Assembly (NCBI GenBank): GCA_013239625.1
Contig: MU054220.1
Coordinates: forward strand, 2,789,374 to 2,853,373
DNA length: 64,000 nt
Reading direction: 5' to 3'
From: Lama guanicoe
Lineage: Eukaryota
Under the pieces are notes generated by a model that saw nothing but the letters and a program-made list of their open reading frames with translations, ran no database searches and was not told the DNA's origin. Shown here piece after piece: positions 14,475 through 27,882 of this stretch (positions are counted from its first letter, which is position 1; every line of letters starts with the position of its first letter). A program made the translations under genes and the position numbers.

Positions 14475-15334
14475 TTAAGCACATATGGCCTTTTGGGGGG
14501 CAAGATCCATAGTTCTTCATTATGATGTTAAAGATGTGATACCCCGTCTCCCCATTGATAAAATCCATGATCTAAATCAGGTCCCATATTAGGTTTGAAT
14601 ATAAAGCATTTCATTTTTTCCCTCAAATGAAGAGGGCTACGTGTGAATTCCTTTTTTCAGAATAGTGCTTTTAAAAGCTAGAAGTGTTTGCTGGGGATTA
14701 GTCTCAAATAAATAATAATTTATAAATGGAAAGAGATATGGTAGATTACTCTTCCATTCTATTAGAAAGTTAATAAATTTCACAAGTTATACTAAGTACA
14801 AGTTACAAGTCAGTTCCTTTCTGAAACATTAACCATTCCACAGTTATTTTGAGGACTAAGTACTCTAGTTATGGAAGCAAAATATAGAAACAAATCTTGA
14901 GGATGGAGCAAAGGAAAAAGTTGTTCAAAGGAGCTCAACTCACTATTAAAGCCCAGCCAGTGTGCCAGATTGTAATGATTTAAATCACTAATGAAATTCA
15001 TGTTATTTGAGAGGAATTTTTTTTTAACATTAAGCGAGGTAGTAATTTTCGAGTAGTCAAATTTAATGAATGCATTTACCCATATAAATTGGAGCTTTAT
15101 TTTTATATATTAGTTTTACCATTTTATTTGTTTTTACTAAAAGTAGCTACTCTTTTTCTTGTATTTCCTCATGAAATCTTTCAGAACCACTTCTAGAAAT
15201 GGCATCATTTTGCCATAAGTATTTTGTTTTCTCCCCCATCTAGTTTTTATGAAGTAGTGCTAACTCTGCCTTAATTTGATTTGGCATCCCTGCAATTGAA
15301 CATTTGTAAGTATCTTGTATTATGGCCCATCTGG

Positions 15335-15348
15335 GTTGTCATAGAAAC
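15335..15348. promoter_or_regulatory. Candidate RFX X-box
   Basis: GTTGTCATAGAAAC resembles the palindromic X-box GTTGCCATGGCAAC. A near copy lies at 15948-15961. Confidence 0.5.
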
Positions 15349-18300
15349 CAAAGACCTCCATCCTCTTCCCTCTAGTTAAAAATGGAATGCAAACAGGGCT
15401 TCAAAGTGACGTTTTTCTAGTACGAGTGACAGCCCTGTAAAGTGCGGAACAGAAAGGTTTCTTACTGGTTTTATTCTCCCATGGCCTATCGTACCAGTTA
15501 ACTCTGATGTGTGCAGTTTTTCTCTTGAAAACCTGCAAGGTACTAATGGAATTTTTTTAAATGTAAGCATCAGGAGGAAAAAAAGAATGCAGTTAATCCC
15601 CTTCCTGCTCTTTTCTTAAACAAAAATGCAGTGTTAGCTAGCAGTGTTTTTGTTTTCTTCCCTGTGTTATTAGCTGTTCTGCTGAAGCTGTGGGGCACGT
15701 GGCGGAAGCACTGATTATTCACAACTGTGGCTTTCATTATTAGTCGTCTTATTTATTTTTCAGGTCAGGTGAATGTGGTTTTATCTCATTAGAACCTGCA
15801 AGCCCATTGGTTAAGTACACAGCAGTAATTCATTAGAAGTTTGTTGATACGGCAGTTCCAATGGCCATATCATTAGCCTTTCTAAAGCATTGTAGAGCCC
15901 TGATTCTAAAACCTAATTCTAAAACATTGCCCCATTTCCCCACCCTGGTTGTCATAGAATCCTTGACTTTACCTTGATGGTTTTTCCACTTCCACGTTCC
16001 CTTTAGCTTCTCTATCAGAGCAACACCCGACTTCTGTGATGTTTATGCTTTTAAAGCAGCTGAGTTAATAAGTTCTGGTGTGTTATTTCTGTTGTGCTAG
16101 CAAGGCGTTTGGGTTTGATGGTTAAGATTTGTTGAGCTATTGATGTGGCATTACTTAAAGTTTAGAGTGTTAAATTCTTATTTTAACATAGGCTTTGAAT
16201 TTAGAAAATGACACAAATAGCAGCCTCTGACTATGAAACAAATAATGAAAAACCCGACATGTAAATTTATATCCTAATGGAAATGTTCCAGAAAGGTTAG
16301 ATGAAAATCGTAGACAGTTGTACTTGATGAGTTCTCGGTCAGTTTTAAGTCTGCTGTTTTTCAAAAGGAAAACATTAAAATCTTTAAAATCTACAATTTG
16401 ACTGTTAGCTAGTTCTGGTAATTGTGTACTTTCTTGTCTTTAGCCCTACATCGCAACTAACAGCCATTTTCAGCAGTCAGATCAGAAGTATTATGAATAT
16501 ATCTCGATGAAAGAGACCCTGCAACTCTCAGTAGAGTGTAAGTTAAGAGGTAGGGTTTATCTGCTGTTATAGCTAAAGGTAAGAGAATATAGTTTCCAAA
16601 TAACACTATATTCCTTGGCCTATAGTATAGAGGTGAATGATTTACTTTCATAGTATAGGGTGGGAAATGATGTAGCAGTTTCTTCATGCTAAACATGTTG
16701 CTTCTTTAAAGTTTGCTGCCTTCATTTAAAATTTGATTGGTACTATTTTTTTGTTTTTGTTTTTGTTTTTGTTTTGTAAGTATCAAGCAGCTGAGAGGGT
16801 TATAACATACTAGCCTCAACTCTCCAGTCAGTTTAAAACTTAGAATCTTTCCTAGATCATTATTTCCATTTATTAGAGTCTGTTTAAAAAAGGAAAAAAA
16901 AACCTAAGAATATTGCTGGTTGTTTAATAAAAGTCATATTGCTGCCAGCCTTGCAGAAAGTTGTGGCATTGCCTTACCACGGAAAAAACAGAACAAGCAC
17001 TTCTATTCACCCCTGCTAGGACTCTTCCTCAGGAGAAAAGTTAAGATGTTTGTGTGCATTGGAGACCATAGGGCCTTGAAGAAAATGAAACATGATGAAT
17101 TTCTCACCCATTAAGATACAGAAATTCTCATGAAGGTATCAGTCCCTCTCATCCCTGTGCTTTGTCATCACCAGTTACACTAATAAGCAACATAATATTT
17201 GGTTCTTTCAAATCTGGTTTCCACACATTATCAACATAGTTCTACATCTCCTAACTACCAATCTAATAACTTTCAGCTTTTTCTAAATTATACAATTTTT
17301 GGTCTTCTATAGATAAATTTAAAAATTTTCTTTCTAAAAATAGACATGCATTTTCAGGTGCATTTGTTAGAAACAATATAGATTAATCCTGCATTCTGTT
17401 CTCAAGGAAAGGTCTTTTCAAATTCTTTACGTTTGAGAATAGAAGTATGTGCATGTGTTTTCACTGGGTGCATATTTGTTTACATATTCAGGGACCTGTA
17501 ATTAATCACTAGCATCTAAACTTGCCTTACTCCATTTCTCCAAAGTAAAAAAATTTAATTGCTATAGATAGCCTATATTTAATTGTTTTTGTCTCAAAAA
17601 AATTCTCTTGAATTTATCGTTGCTCAAAATGTACACTCCCAGGTTTGACTTTGTCTTCTATTTGTTGGCTTCATTTTCTCTCTGCTCTGTTTACATGTCT
17701 TTTAAGTCTTCCAATAATTTTACTTGTTAATAATATATAAGAAATATTATAGTTCTTTTACATGTACATTTTCTATTTCCTAAAATAACCAAATAAACTT
17801 CTTAAGGGATTTAACTTTTTAAATATTATACCACAGAATCTAATACCATACTATATATTCTATAGGTATATTCAATAAATTATTGCCTTCAAACCTTATA
17901 CTGCCCACCACCCTAATCATAGCCCTAACATCATTTTAAATTTAAGATGAAAGAGTGATTAGCAAAGTGCATGCAAAACAGCATGCAAATTGATAGTTGT
18001 GGATGATTCAAAGCATGTTCTGAGAACCTTTTCTAATGCTGCTGTAAATTTGTGTGCTAATCACACAGATGGAAACCTATCTCTGAATAAGTTGCCAATC
18101 TTTAAAACAAAGAAGACCAGAATGGTTTGTATTTGCAGTTCATGCTCTTGTCCTCTGGGATTCAGTAATCTTTTTAGCCTCTCTCCACAGTAGTGCATGT
18201 ATATTCCTGGGTAGCAGGCTGATTGCTGCTGATGGTACTAAAGTGTTTTGATAGGAGCAAAAATGTGCTGCCACCTCCCTAACGAGCCCAGTGTTCAGAG

Positions 18301-21300
18301 ATGACCTGTTTGCACGTGGGCCTGTGGTGTATCATTTTTTTTTGTACAAGAGCAGTAGAATAAGGTCTGACTAGTTGACTGAAGTGGTAGTTTTAGATTC
18401 CGATAAGAGGACCTATTGCTGGTGAGGGAGGCTGAAATTGCAGAATGAGTTTGCAGCATGAGGCAGGTCTGCCCAGCAGCAGGTTGATTTGCTCCATGAG
18501 ACAAGCAGCACACATAAACAGATGGCCCAGCAATGAGTCAGAGCGACAGATCCCGAGCAGGTAGATTGGCTTTTGCCTGAGTCTTAACGTGGTTGTAGAG
18601 AGTGGAATTTTAATTTGTCTGTCACTCTTAAAACTGAAAAACAAGTACTTAGTAAAAGAAATTTTACTCATTAGGAAATGAAAAATATGCATTATTAGGC
18701 AGAAGAGAAATCTGACTGTCACTAGATCTGGATATTGAAAACCTAACATTTTCAGGAACTGCTTCCTATAGGCATGGGCTGGCTTTATCTCTTGGCATAT
18801 GGTCATTCAACATCATTATACTGAAGGCTTCTGCATGTAACATGCAGCAAGAAAATCTTAAAATTATGTCTTTGATACTGAGTTGTAAAGAATTATGAAC
18901 TACTTAGTTGCAGGCACAAATCTGATATTTGGGTTAAGAAAAGTGTTTTTTAAAAGGATATCGTGGTGGTAAGTGTCTTACAGACATACAGTAATGTAAG
19001 TTTGTAATGATATTAAGCAAAAGAGAAATATTAATGGAAAAATCCTTCAGTTTCATATGTAAAGCATAGAAAAAAAGAAGAGTGTAGTGGAATTCCCAGA
19101 TCTAATCATCCATCTTCAAAATATAAGTGCAAACAATCATTTCTCTGCCAAATACTTTCAGAGATACTAAGCATCTCATTAATTTTTGAAAGTAAGGTTT
19201 TGCTATAGTTTTATATCTCTAGAAAAGTATTTTAAATATAACATTTGATGAAGAAAATGCTGTACCACCAAGTTCCTGTATTTTAATTTTCTGGTTGTCA
19301 GATTACACTTACCATAGACCAACGTCCTCAGTGCATTCATTTGCCAAAGAACATGAGTTAGTACGGACTAGTAATATCAGGATACCTGTTAACCTTCCTT
19401 AGATCGCTGTGCTTGGGGATGTATCCAGAAATACAAACTACCATAGTGGAAAACTTATTCTGAGATGTTGTCAGGGCTGTGGATGCCATTGGTTAGGACA
19501 GAGGTTTAATTTGGCTACCGTTTGTCTCGCCAGTAATTGGGATCCTGTTCAAGATGAATTGTGCCAGCACCTACTTCTCAAGCTGGCTTCCATTTTATCT
19601 ACTCAAGCATGTAATGCCTAGCCTTTGCTCAGGATAGGGAAGGCACTAATCTACCTTTATGCATATGAAAAGTAGTGTTTTGGGCACTGCATTAAAGATA
19701 GCAGAATGCATTATTAATGGGATAGGTCTCTGTCTGTCTCTCTCTTAAAAGGGAAATCACTTATGTGGCGTGGCCACTGTCGAGAAGGATAGAGATGGAC
19801 TTAGTGCTAGTTCTTAACCAATTTTTTTAATGAGTTACTGAGAGATACAGAAGGAGAAATACTTAAGTGAGTAAATTACCTTCACAACATGCAGCTTGTA
19901 GACACCAATGTGATCTAATTATAATATGGATCAACCTGGAATAAGCTTTAGTATATTGAATACATTTTTTATAGGATGCCACATTATCAAAGGTTAGAAA
20001 AACAGTAATAAATTTGGGATTTTAATACTGTAAAGATGATCAGAAGATTTGGAATCATTTTGGTTTAAATAAGCTCCCATCATCTGTTTGCCGGTTTCCA
20101 AGCTTTACGTTGTCAGTTTGTTTTTGTCAACACATGTATAATTGAGCTGAATATGTGTGCCAATAAGGAGAGGAGCCGCAGAACTGCATTCAGCTTCTGC
20201 TTAAGTCTGCAGTATTAAAGTGCTCCTTTTGTTGCATGTGCTGGTCTTGCAGACTCTGTAGAGCCTTATCAAATGCTGCCAGTTGGTGCTGCTGGTATGA
20301 AAGCACAGGGGAGCTCTCATGTGGAAGGTTAATGGAGTGTAATTATAAAGAAAAATGAACTGCTCAACCACTCTATCTCACTCTATCTGCACCAAGAGTG
20401 ACAAGTGCTCTGATCTTTTATAAACCCTAGAGCAGAGGTTTAACCATCTAAAATTATGGCAGTATAACTGTCACACAAACAAATACCCCGTGAAGTATAG
20501 GTATGCACCCCTGTGTAGGAATGATTCCTTCCTGTTACAAGGAGTCTCAGTTAGGAAAGGAGCACCTTCAACCACCAAGAAAAGCTGCTTGTTAAACATT
20601 GTATTTTCGTGTCACTTCTTCTTTTCCACTCAATTTGTTCAATTTTCTTTTCCTAAAGATGCTTTCTCCCCTCTGATTAGTGGCAAGGCTGACAGCCTGC
20701 ACACGAGTAGGTCCATTCCACTATATCCATCAGACGACAAACATCCTTGCTTAAGCTATCCTTAAATCAGCTGGGTTCTTTTAAGGGGGATGGAAACAAC
20801 CGTCTCTTCTCATTCTCAGCATCTAAGCAGAGTAGACTGTAGTAAGCCCAAAGCCCAAGTACCACCTGACAGGTCTGTCTCCCAGGATCTACATATAGCA
20901 GGGATTATTACACACACTTCTGTGGGCTCAAGATAGAGTTAGATCCTTAGGTCCTTTGGTTGAAAATATTGCAAGAAATACTTAGTAAGGAAAATTGCAA
21001 CTGGGAGCTACAAGGACAGACAAGGACCAAGGAGACATTCGAAGGGTGTGATGACTAGACAAATCTGCGGTACTAGTATATCGTGTTGCCAGTGAATGTC
21101 GCAAATTCGTCCTGCTACTGGAACATCTGAAGGGTAAGCGGAGCTGGATTGTGGAGCTGGGTTGATTGAGTGCTTTTGCCAGCTCAGCACAGAGTTGGAA
21201 TAAGGTGTTGCAGAGTGATGCAACAACAACAAAACCCCTGACATCTTGTTCTTACCGAGCCTAAAACATAACCACTCTTGGCGAGGCTGTCGCGCTGCCT

Positions 21301-23351
21301 ACTGAGATAAGTCAATTCAGCAACACATACATTAGGCCTGTGGAGACTAAGCAGAAGTGATGGCTGTGTCACTTGCACAGCAGTCTTACTGACTGAGCCC
21401 TGGTCTTGTGTGGCGGGCAGGGGTGGGGCAGCCAGGATTTCTAGTAGTGGCTCTGAAAGCAGGGAAGCTGATTTTAAAACCTCTCTGTGTGGTTTATAAT
21501 GTTATTTTCCCAGCCCCTTTGCATATAGGTTTTGATCATCATGCTCTATTTTAAAAGCAAAATAGCTATATAGTTTTTATGGCAGTAAGATAAATCTGTT
21601 CCTGAATAAAAATTTTAAATCCAGCTTTATATTAGTGGCTGGTATGTGAAGTTTGCTGTGATTTACTCCCTTAAAGACCCACTAGAATGTGGTATTTTAC
21701 CAATCTAATTGTTGCCAGCATGCATTGCATTTATTAAATTAAAGTTGTTGTTCCAGAAGTGAAGTTTTTGGCTTGAGGTGGAAGGTTAGCAACAGAATCT
21801 TAAAATTGTCCATCATACTCCATAGATGAGGAAGTATGTCATTCTTGCTGGGTTGTCTCCAGCCTGTCTCTCTGGCATTTTGGAACAAGTTATCCAGCAC
21901 TGCCCAGTCCCTTTAAGAAAATTCCCAGCCCTTGTAGTGCTCAGAGCTTATAGGAAATTTGGCCTTGAAATGGTCACTGTTGGTGTGATTTGCTCCAGAC
22001 CCATCTCTTGAGCTGTCCATGCCTTGCCTCCGGCTGTCCCATTTTCCACCGCAATCGCATCCTCCGGCTCCTCTCCTGCTTGGCCCTTTCGGTTGATTGT
22101 ACAGGTTATTCTTCTTCCTTGGCTTTTGACAGCCTGTCTTTGTTCTGGCAATTTACTGTGTCTAGAGATTGATGTCCAGCAAAGGACATCTTCCCCCTTG
22201 GCCCAGCTCCCCACACCAGTATACTCCACATTTAGTCAGTCCACTTGGGTATCACCCAACCTCCTGTCAGCCCCAGAAGTCCTGGCTCAGGTACTCCAGG
22301 CTCCAGCTTTTTCTTCAGTGAACAGAGCTTCATTCACACTAGTTTTCCTGAGGACAGGAATTCCGTATTCTGGTGCCCTTTTTACTATTAGATAACTGTG
22401 TCACTTTTGGTTGGTATGTATCAGTCACTTCAGTTTACCTGTCTGAATCAATGACAGTTGCCCTAATCCACCCCCACATGGCTGTGAGAATCTTATTTGA
22501 TAAGAGAGTGTAAAAATTTACAAATGTAAAGTGCTGTGTAAACATATGATTACTTAAGTTAAAAAAAAATCACACCATTAGGGAAATATTTGTGGAAAAT
22601 GGTTCCATCATTTTTCATTTAGGGTTCACCGAGAAAGTAGGATTCTTGAAAAATTACTAGGTAGTCCATATGCTTATAACATAAATTCCTTTTTCTTTAA
22701 TCATGTAAATAAAATGATTTTGAAAAATCTGAGTACTCAGAAATGAGAACCAGCTAGGTGAAGAAGATGTTTCCAGTGTTCTGATTGGATTCCAAGTCTG
22801 ATGATTACATTTTGCTTATTGTAATTCTCTGGACAGCTTCAGCAAGGTAGTTTTCGTTTTTCTGACCCCTACAATGTGGCCGTTTAAACAGCTGCTTCCT
22901 TCTGCCCTAGAGACAGCTACAACTCAGTGGTAGAGAAACTGATTCCAGTTCATTCTTACATCAGTATTACATGATGGAGAGGAGGTTAAATTGGCTGTAA
23001 GGTACTTTAAGCTATTTGGATAAAATTGGCACAATTATGGATCATTATTACTAATTTTTTTATTTTTTTATATTTTGTGTATTGTTGTCTGTCTCTCTTC
23101 TGTCTTAAGATATTTTATCTCACCATATTCTTCTCAGTTCCCATAGATGACCCGTTTTTATGTCTTTGCTTCTTTCCACCAAAGTCACACCCAACCCTTT
23201 AATGATGCTAAGATTTTAACAAAAGCCATTTGAATTTTCAGGTTATCTGAAATCCTTTTTGACTCACCTCTTATTGTTGAAAATTTTCCTAAGTAAAGTA
23301 ATGACTGCTTCCTCTCCTAGTAAATACAGTTCAGTGAATATAATTACCATC

Positions 23352-23560
23352 TAGAAGTTGAAAACTGGTAGCCCATGGGCTTAATCTAAGTAGCAAAGAT
23401 ATTTTAACAGTGTTAAAAGCAATTTTTACATTAGTGCCTTTATACAGGGCATTCCCTCTCCATGAGTTAAGCCCCATCACTCCCTGTTATCTCATAGCTG
23501 ACCTGCTTCGTTCACTTGTGTTACCTGTGTGACCCTGTTCATGTGAATTTTTAATCCCTG
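23352..23560 (-). mobile_element. hAT-Charlie MITE (MER102-like)
   Basis: Minus strand cagggattaaaaattcacatgaacagggtcacacaggtaacacaagtgaacgaagcagg...agggagtgatgggg resembles the recalled MER102 consensus. Confidence 0.6.
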
Positions 23561-24559
23561 AATGACACTGTTCTTTAATGATTTAGCTTCTTTGTAGTAT
23601 GTTAAGATCCTCAGAGTGAGCATTATAAGTTTTCAGTGTGCTGTGGAAACTAAACATCAGGAGATTGTATTCTTGCCATTTTAAACAGTGGAGAATATTG
23701 AAGACTGAGTGGAGAAAGAAGCTGAGGGCAGGATCAGGTAAATAACTTACCCAAGGTCACAAACCTAGCCTAGTGACAGATATGGGACCAGAACTCGGAT
23801 TCTTGACCTTTTGTATTACTTCTCCTGCACTGTACTGCCTCTCTACTTATTTTTCCTAAAAGCAGAATTAAGGGTAGGGGGGAATACATATTTTTTAAAA
23901 CTTTTTTTTACTAGGTGTTTTTGTGACTTGTTATATTATATAATATATAGATGTGAGGGCTTCAAGTCCTTACCAGCAGGTGAAATAATGAGGGGAGGAG
24001 AGAGAGAAGAAATTAGAGATCAGGAACTAGAATCATCAAGTCTGCCCTTGCCCCTAACTTGGGACCTACGTCAAATCACTTAGATGCTCAGAGCCCCAGT
24101 GTCCATCCAACCTGGCAGGTAATACCTACGTGATATTAATGCTGTTGTTTTTATTGTAATCACTATAGAACAGTTCATCAGCTGCCACATTAGACTGTAT
24201 GTAAAAATCAAGAGACTACTACAAGGAGATGGAAAGTTTGTGAGAACGGTTGAAAGCCATGGAGGTGAGATCCTTAAGGCCCAGTATCTATCTAATAGAA
24301 GTTACAGAAGGAGGGAAAAGAGAGAGTAGATCAGATGATAATAAGGGGAAAGTAGAATAAAACCTCTCAGAGTTGAAGAAAAATAGGAATTTTCAGATTC
24401 AGTAAAAGCAGCTTAAAGCAGGACAAAGATTTTTAAATACAGTTTACAGTTTTATGTGCAGTTTAAAGTTCATGATTTTATTTACGTAACCTAAGAACTT
24501 GAACAAAATTAAATCATAAATCAAAAATAAAAACTATACTAACAACAAAAAACCCAAGA

Positions 24560-25092
24560 GACTACTGTGGTATATTTAGACCGTGGTATATTATTCAGGG
24601 GTAAGAAGAATGAGCTATCAAGGCCATGAAAAGACAAGAAAGAACTAATGTGAATTACAAAGTGAAAGAAGCTGGTCTGAAAAGGCTGCCTAGTGTATGA
24701 TTCCGACAACATGTGACATTATGAGAAGGGCAAAATTATAAAGACAGTAAAATGATCAGTGGATGCCAGGGATTGTGGGAGGGAGAGACAGACAGAGCGC
24801 AGAGGAATTTTAGGCAATGAAACTATTCCACGTGGTACAGTCGTGGATACATATCATTATACTTTTGTCAAAACCTATAGCATATACAACATGAAGAGAG
24901 AACCCTAGTGTAAACTATGAATTTTGGGTGATAATGGTGTGTCAGTATAGGTTCATCAGTTTTAACAAATGTACCATTCCAATGGGACTATTGATAGGAG
25001 GCTATGGGTGGGGGAGCAGCGAAATTCTCTGTACTCAGTTTTAGTATGAACTTAAAATTGCTTTTAAAAAATTGAGTCTATTGAAAAAAAAA
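24560..25092 (+). mobile_element. L1MC-like 3' end with A-tail
   Basis: aagtgaaagaagctggtctgaaaaggctgc...aaccctagtgtaaactatgaattttgggtgataatgg...tctattgaaaaaaaaa. Confidence 0.8.
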
Positions 25093-25285
25093 CAGGGGAT
25101 ATATCTTATGTTCAGTACAATGTCCTCTTCTTTTTCGACCCTGCACCTCAGTAATTCTGTTAGATGTGGAAACTGGAGAACAGTATAGTGAAAGCGTGAG
25201 TTACACTTTCAGTACTAAGAAGTATGCTAAAAGAAGATTAAAAATAGCAGATCGTTTTCACTGTGGCCACTCCATCTTTAAAAGT

Positions 25286-25325
25286 AGAGAGAGAGAGAGA
25301 GTGTGTGTGTCTGTGTGTGTGTGTG
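25286..25325. repeat. Compound (AG)n(TG)n microsatellite
   Basis: Read directly. Confidence 0.9.
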
Positions 25326-27832
25326 AAGACTTTAAATATTCATATAGAGATTTGTGGATTGGATTTAGTGATTTTCATAGTCTGAAAAATTCATTATTCA
25401 TTAAGAGATTATTCATGGTTTTTTCTAGATTGCTGAATCTCTCTTTAATAAAATTTCTAGTACTGACAATTTAAAACAAACAAAAAAATCAAACCTACTC
25501 TGAAATTCTGAAAGATGAGTTCAGATTTCTTCTGTTTCTGATGCAGAAAACTCAGACTAAATACAGAGAGAACAGAGCAAATCATCCTTTGATGTGTCTT
25601 GGAAGATCCAGTCCCTTAAAGTTAACTATCCCTCATCTTGGCAGCCTGTGTTGGTGATGGATTTACTTCCTCTGTGGTGTTTTATGTGTAGTCACGTCAG
25701 AAAGTAAATTTATAACACTTCATTTTTTTCTTTAAACGATTGTAACAAATACTTGGTGATAAACTAGACTACTGAAATAGTGAATACTTTTTGAAATTAA
25801 GAGATACTTATTCAGTAGCTTTGGAATCTTAATCTATGTGCTTATGCTATTATTGATAGATGATAAAAATTGTCGTTTTTTACATCAAGAGTGTTGTTCA
25901 GTATGTAGTTTTGTTAAAATAGTTACCAACTCAAAATACCAGTGTTTAGTGATTTACAAGATTTATTTTTGTCTAAATGTAAGGAAAATATTACATTTCA
26001 TCAAAATATTTTCTACCTGGTGTATCCTGCCTGACACAGTATCTTGTTCTAATACCGTTTTCTGTCTTTTTCTCTCTTAAGAAACAACTGCAGAATTGAG
26101 GCTTATTAAAAGATATCCTCCACTTTGGAAATCTTTGATCCACAACTTAGTACATGTATTCTGCGTAGAATTTGGTTAAATAATCTATTATATTTACCTC
26201 TTCCAGAATCTGATTCTGTCTTATGTTTCTGTGATAAGAGAGCATTCTACATTATCTCAAATTGTACCCAGGGCTTAGAGTAGGCAAAACAATCTCTTTT
26301 ATCTGAGCAGTATTTGGTAAAATAATAGAGGTTTTTGGTTTTGTTCTTCTTTCCTCCCCCCATTTTAGGATCATTATTGTGCTTAAATTGTATTTTCATA
26401 TCCAACTTGCCAGGGACAGCTACTGTGCAGCGATTTCCAACCATATTTCGTTTGTGAGGAAAGCCACAGCAGCTTCAGGGCAGAGCAGTGAGAATTTCTA
26501 TAGTGTATGGGACAACTCTGACATTACCAGGCAAGGCTGCCTTTTAAGTTGTGGAGTAGAGCCATAGAATGATGAATGACAAGCTGGTGGCATGTGCAGG
26601 TCTGTAACAGATAGTTACAGAGGGCCATGCATTTTCCTGAACTGGAGCTTAATTTACAAATTAATAGCCTCTGTGTCATATCTCATTGTGGTATAAACAC
26701 AATGATTCAGGCACTTTTTTATATTAGCAAGCAGCTAAGTTGTGCAGATTATAAATGATTCTTACGTTTTTTTCTTGCTGTTCACATTACTGTATCTAGG
26801 GTCTTTGCTGGGTCAGGTTACATTTAAGTTGGACATCGATTTTATGCATTCAGAATGTGGCCCTGAACTGCCAATAAACGTATAGAAGAAATCTGGGCCA
26901 TTCCTAGATTTCTACACAGGGAAATAGTCCCTGATGTATTTGATTTCTGAGATTAAAAAAAAAAAAGCAACAGGTAGCATTCTTTTTCTTTATCCTGTAC
27001 TTTTTTGAGTGACTCAGTAGAAAAAATAACATAGTTTGAACAAATGTAGAAATGTTTGACTAGATGTTAAAAATAAAGCAATTGAAAAATAATTGACATT
27101 GGAAATAAAAGTCACATTTGATTAGCTGTTGCTCTGAGTTAAAAATCTGCACTGGAGAAATTGTATTATTCACTGGTTATCATCTCTGATTTTCATATTG
27201 CCTTTGACAGTTTCCTAAGCACTCCCCACAATTAATTTATTTGATCCTTAACATTTTTCTGAAGCAAGCAGGACAGTGTAGCTTAGTACTTCAAAGAAAC
27301 AAAGAACTTAAATGCAAACTAACTGGGTTCTGCTTTTGGCTTCCGTTGTCTTTTATTATAGAGAAATATATTATAACTACCATTCCCAGCATGCAGTGCT
27401 CTTTCTTAGTCTATCTCTGTGTTGGTACCATTTGCCCTAGCCTCTGGGTATGTTACATATTGAAGCGCTGCAGTTCTCCAGGGACCGCATCTCTCTTGAG
27501 TACAATATCTACACTCTTTCTTGTTTATGGAAATTAAAGGCAGTCCCCAAGTTCTTAGAAGGGTCCCTAGATTTAGACAGAGTTTGACTATAGCACTCTT
27601 AGCAGTCTTTTATAGTTATGTATAAACAGTTGGGGAAAGGTGGGGTTGAGTTTACCTATTTTACCTATTAGAGCGTGAATGAACTAAATAAGAAAAAAGT
27701 AAACTGCATTTCAATCAGGCTATCAAATAAAGGGTCTAATCCCCAGTAGAAATGGGATATACGTCCCACTGATACGAATAAAAGGTCTAATCTCCTGTGG
27801 AGAATGGGATGTAAAACCTGCTGATGTAAATA

Positions 27833-27838
<6 letters not shown>

Positions 27839-27878
<40 letters not shown>
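27839..27878. repeat. (TG)20 microsatellite
   Basis: Read directly. Confidence 0.97.
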
Positions 27879-27882
<4 letters not shown>

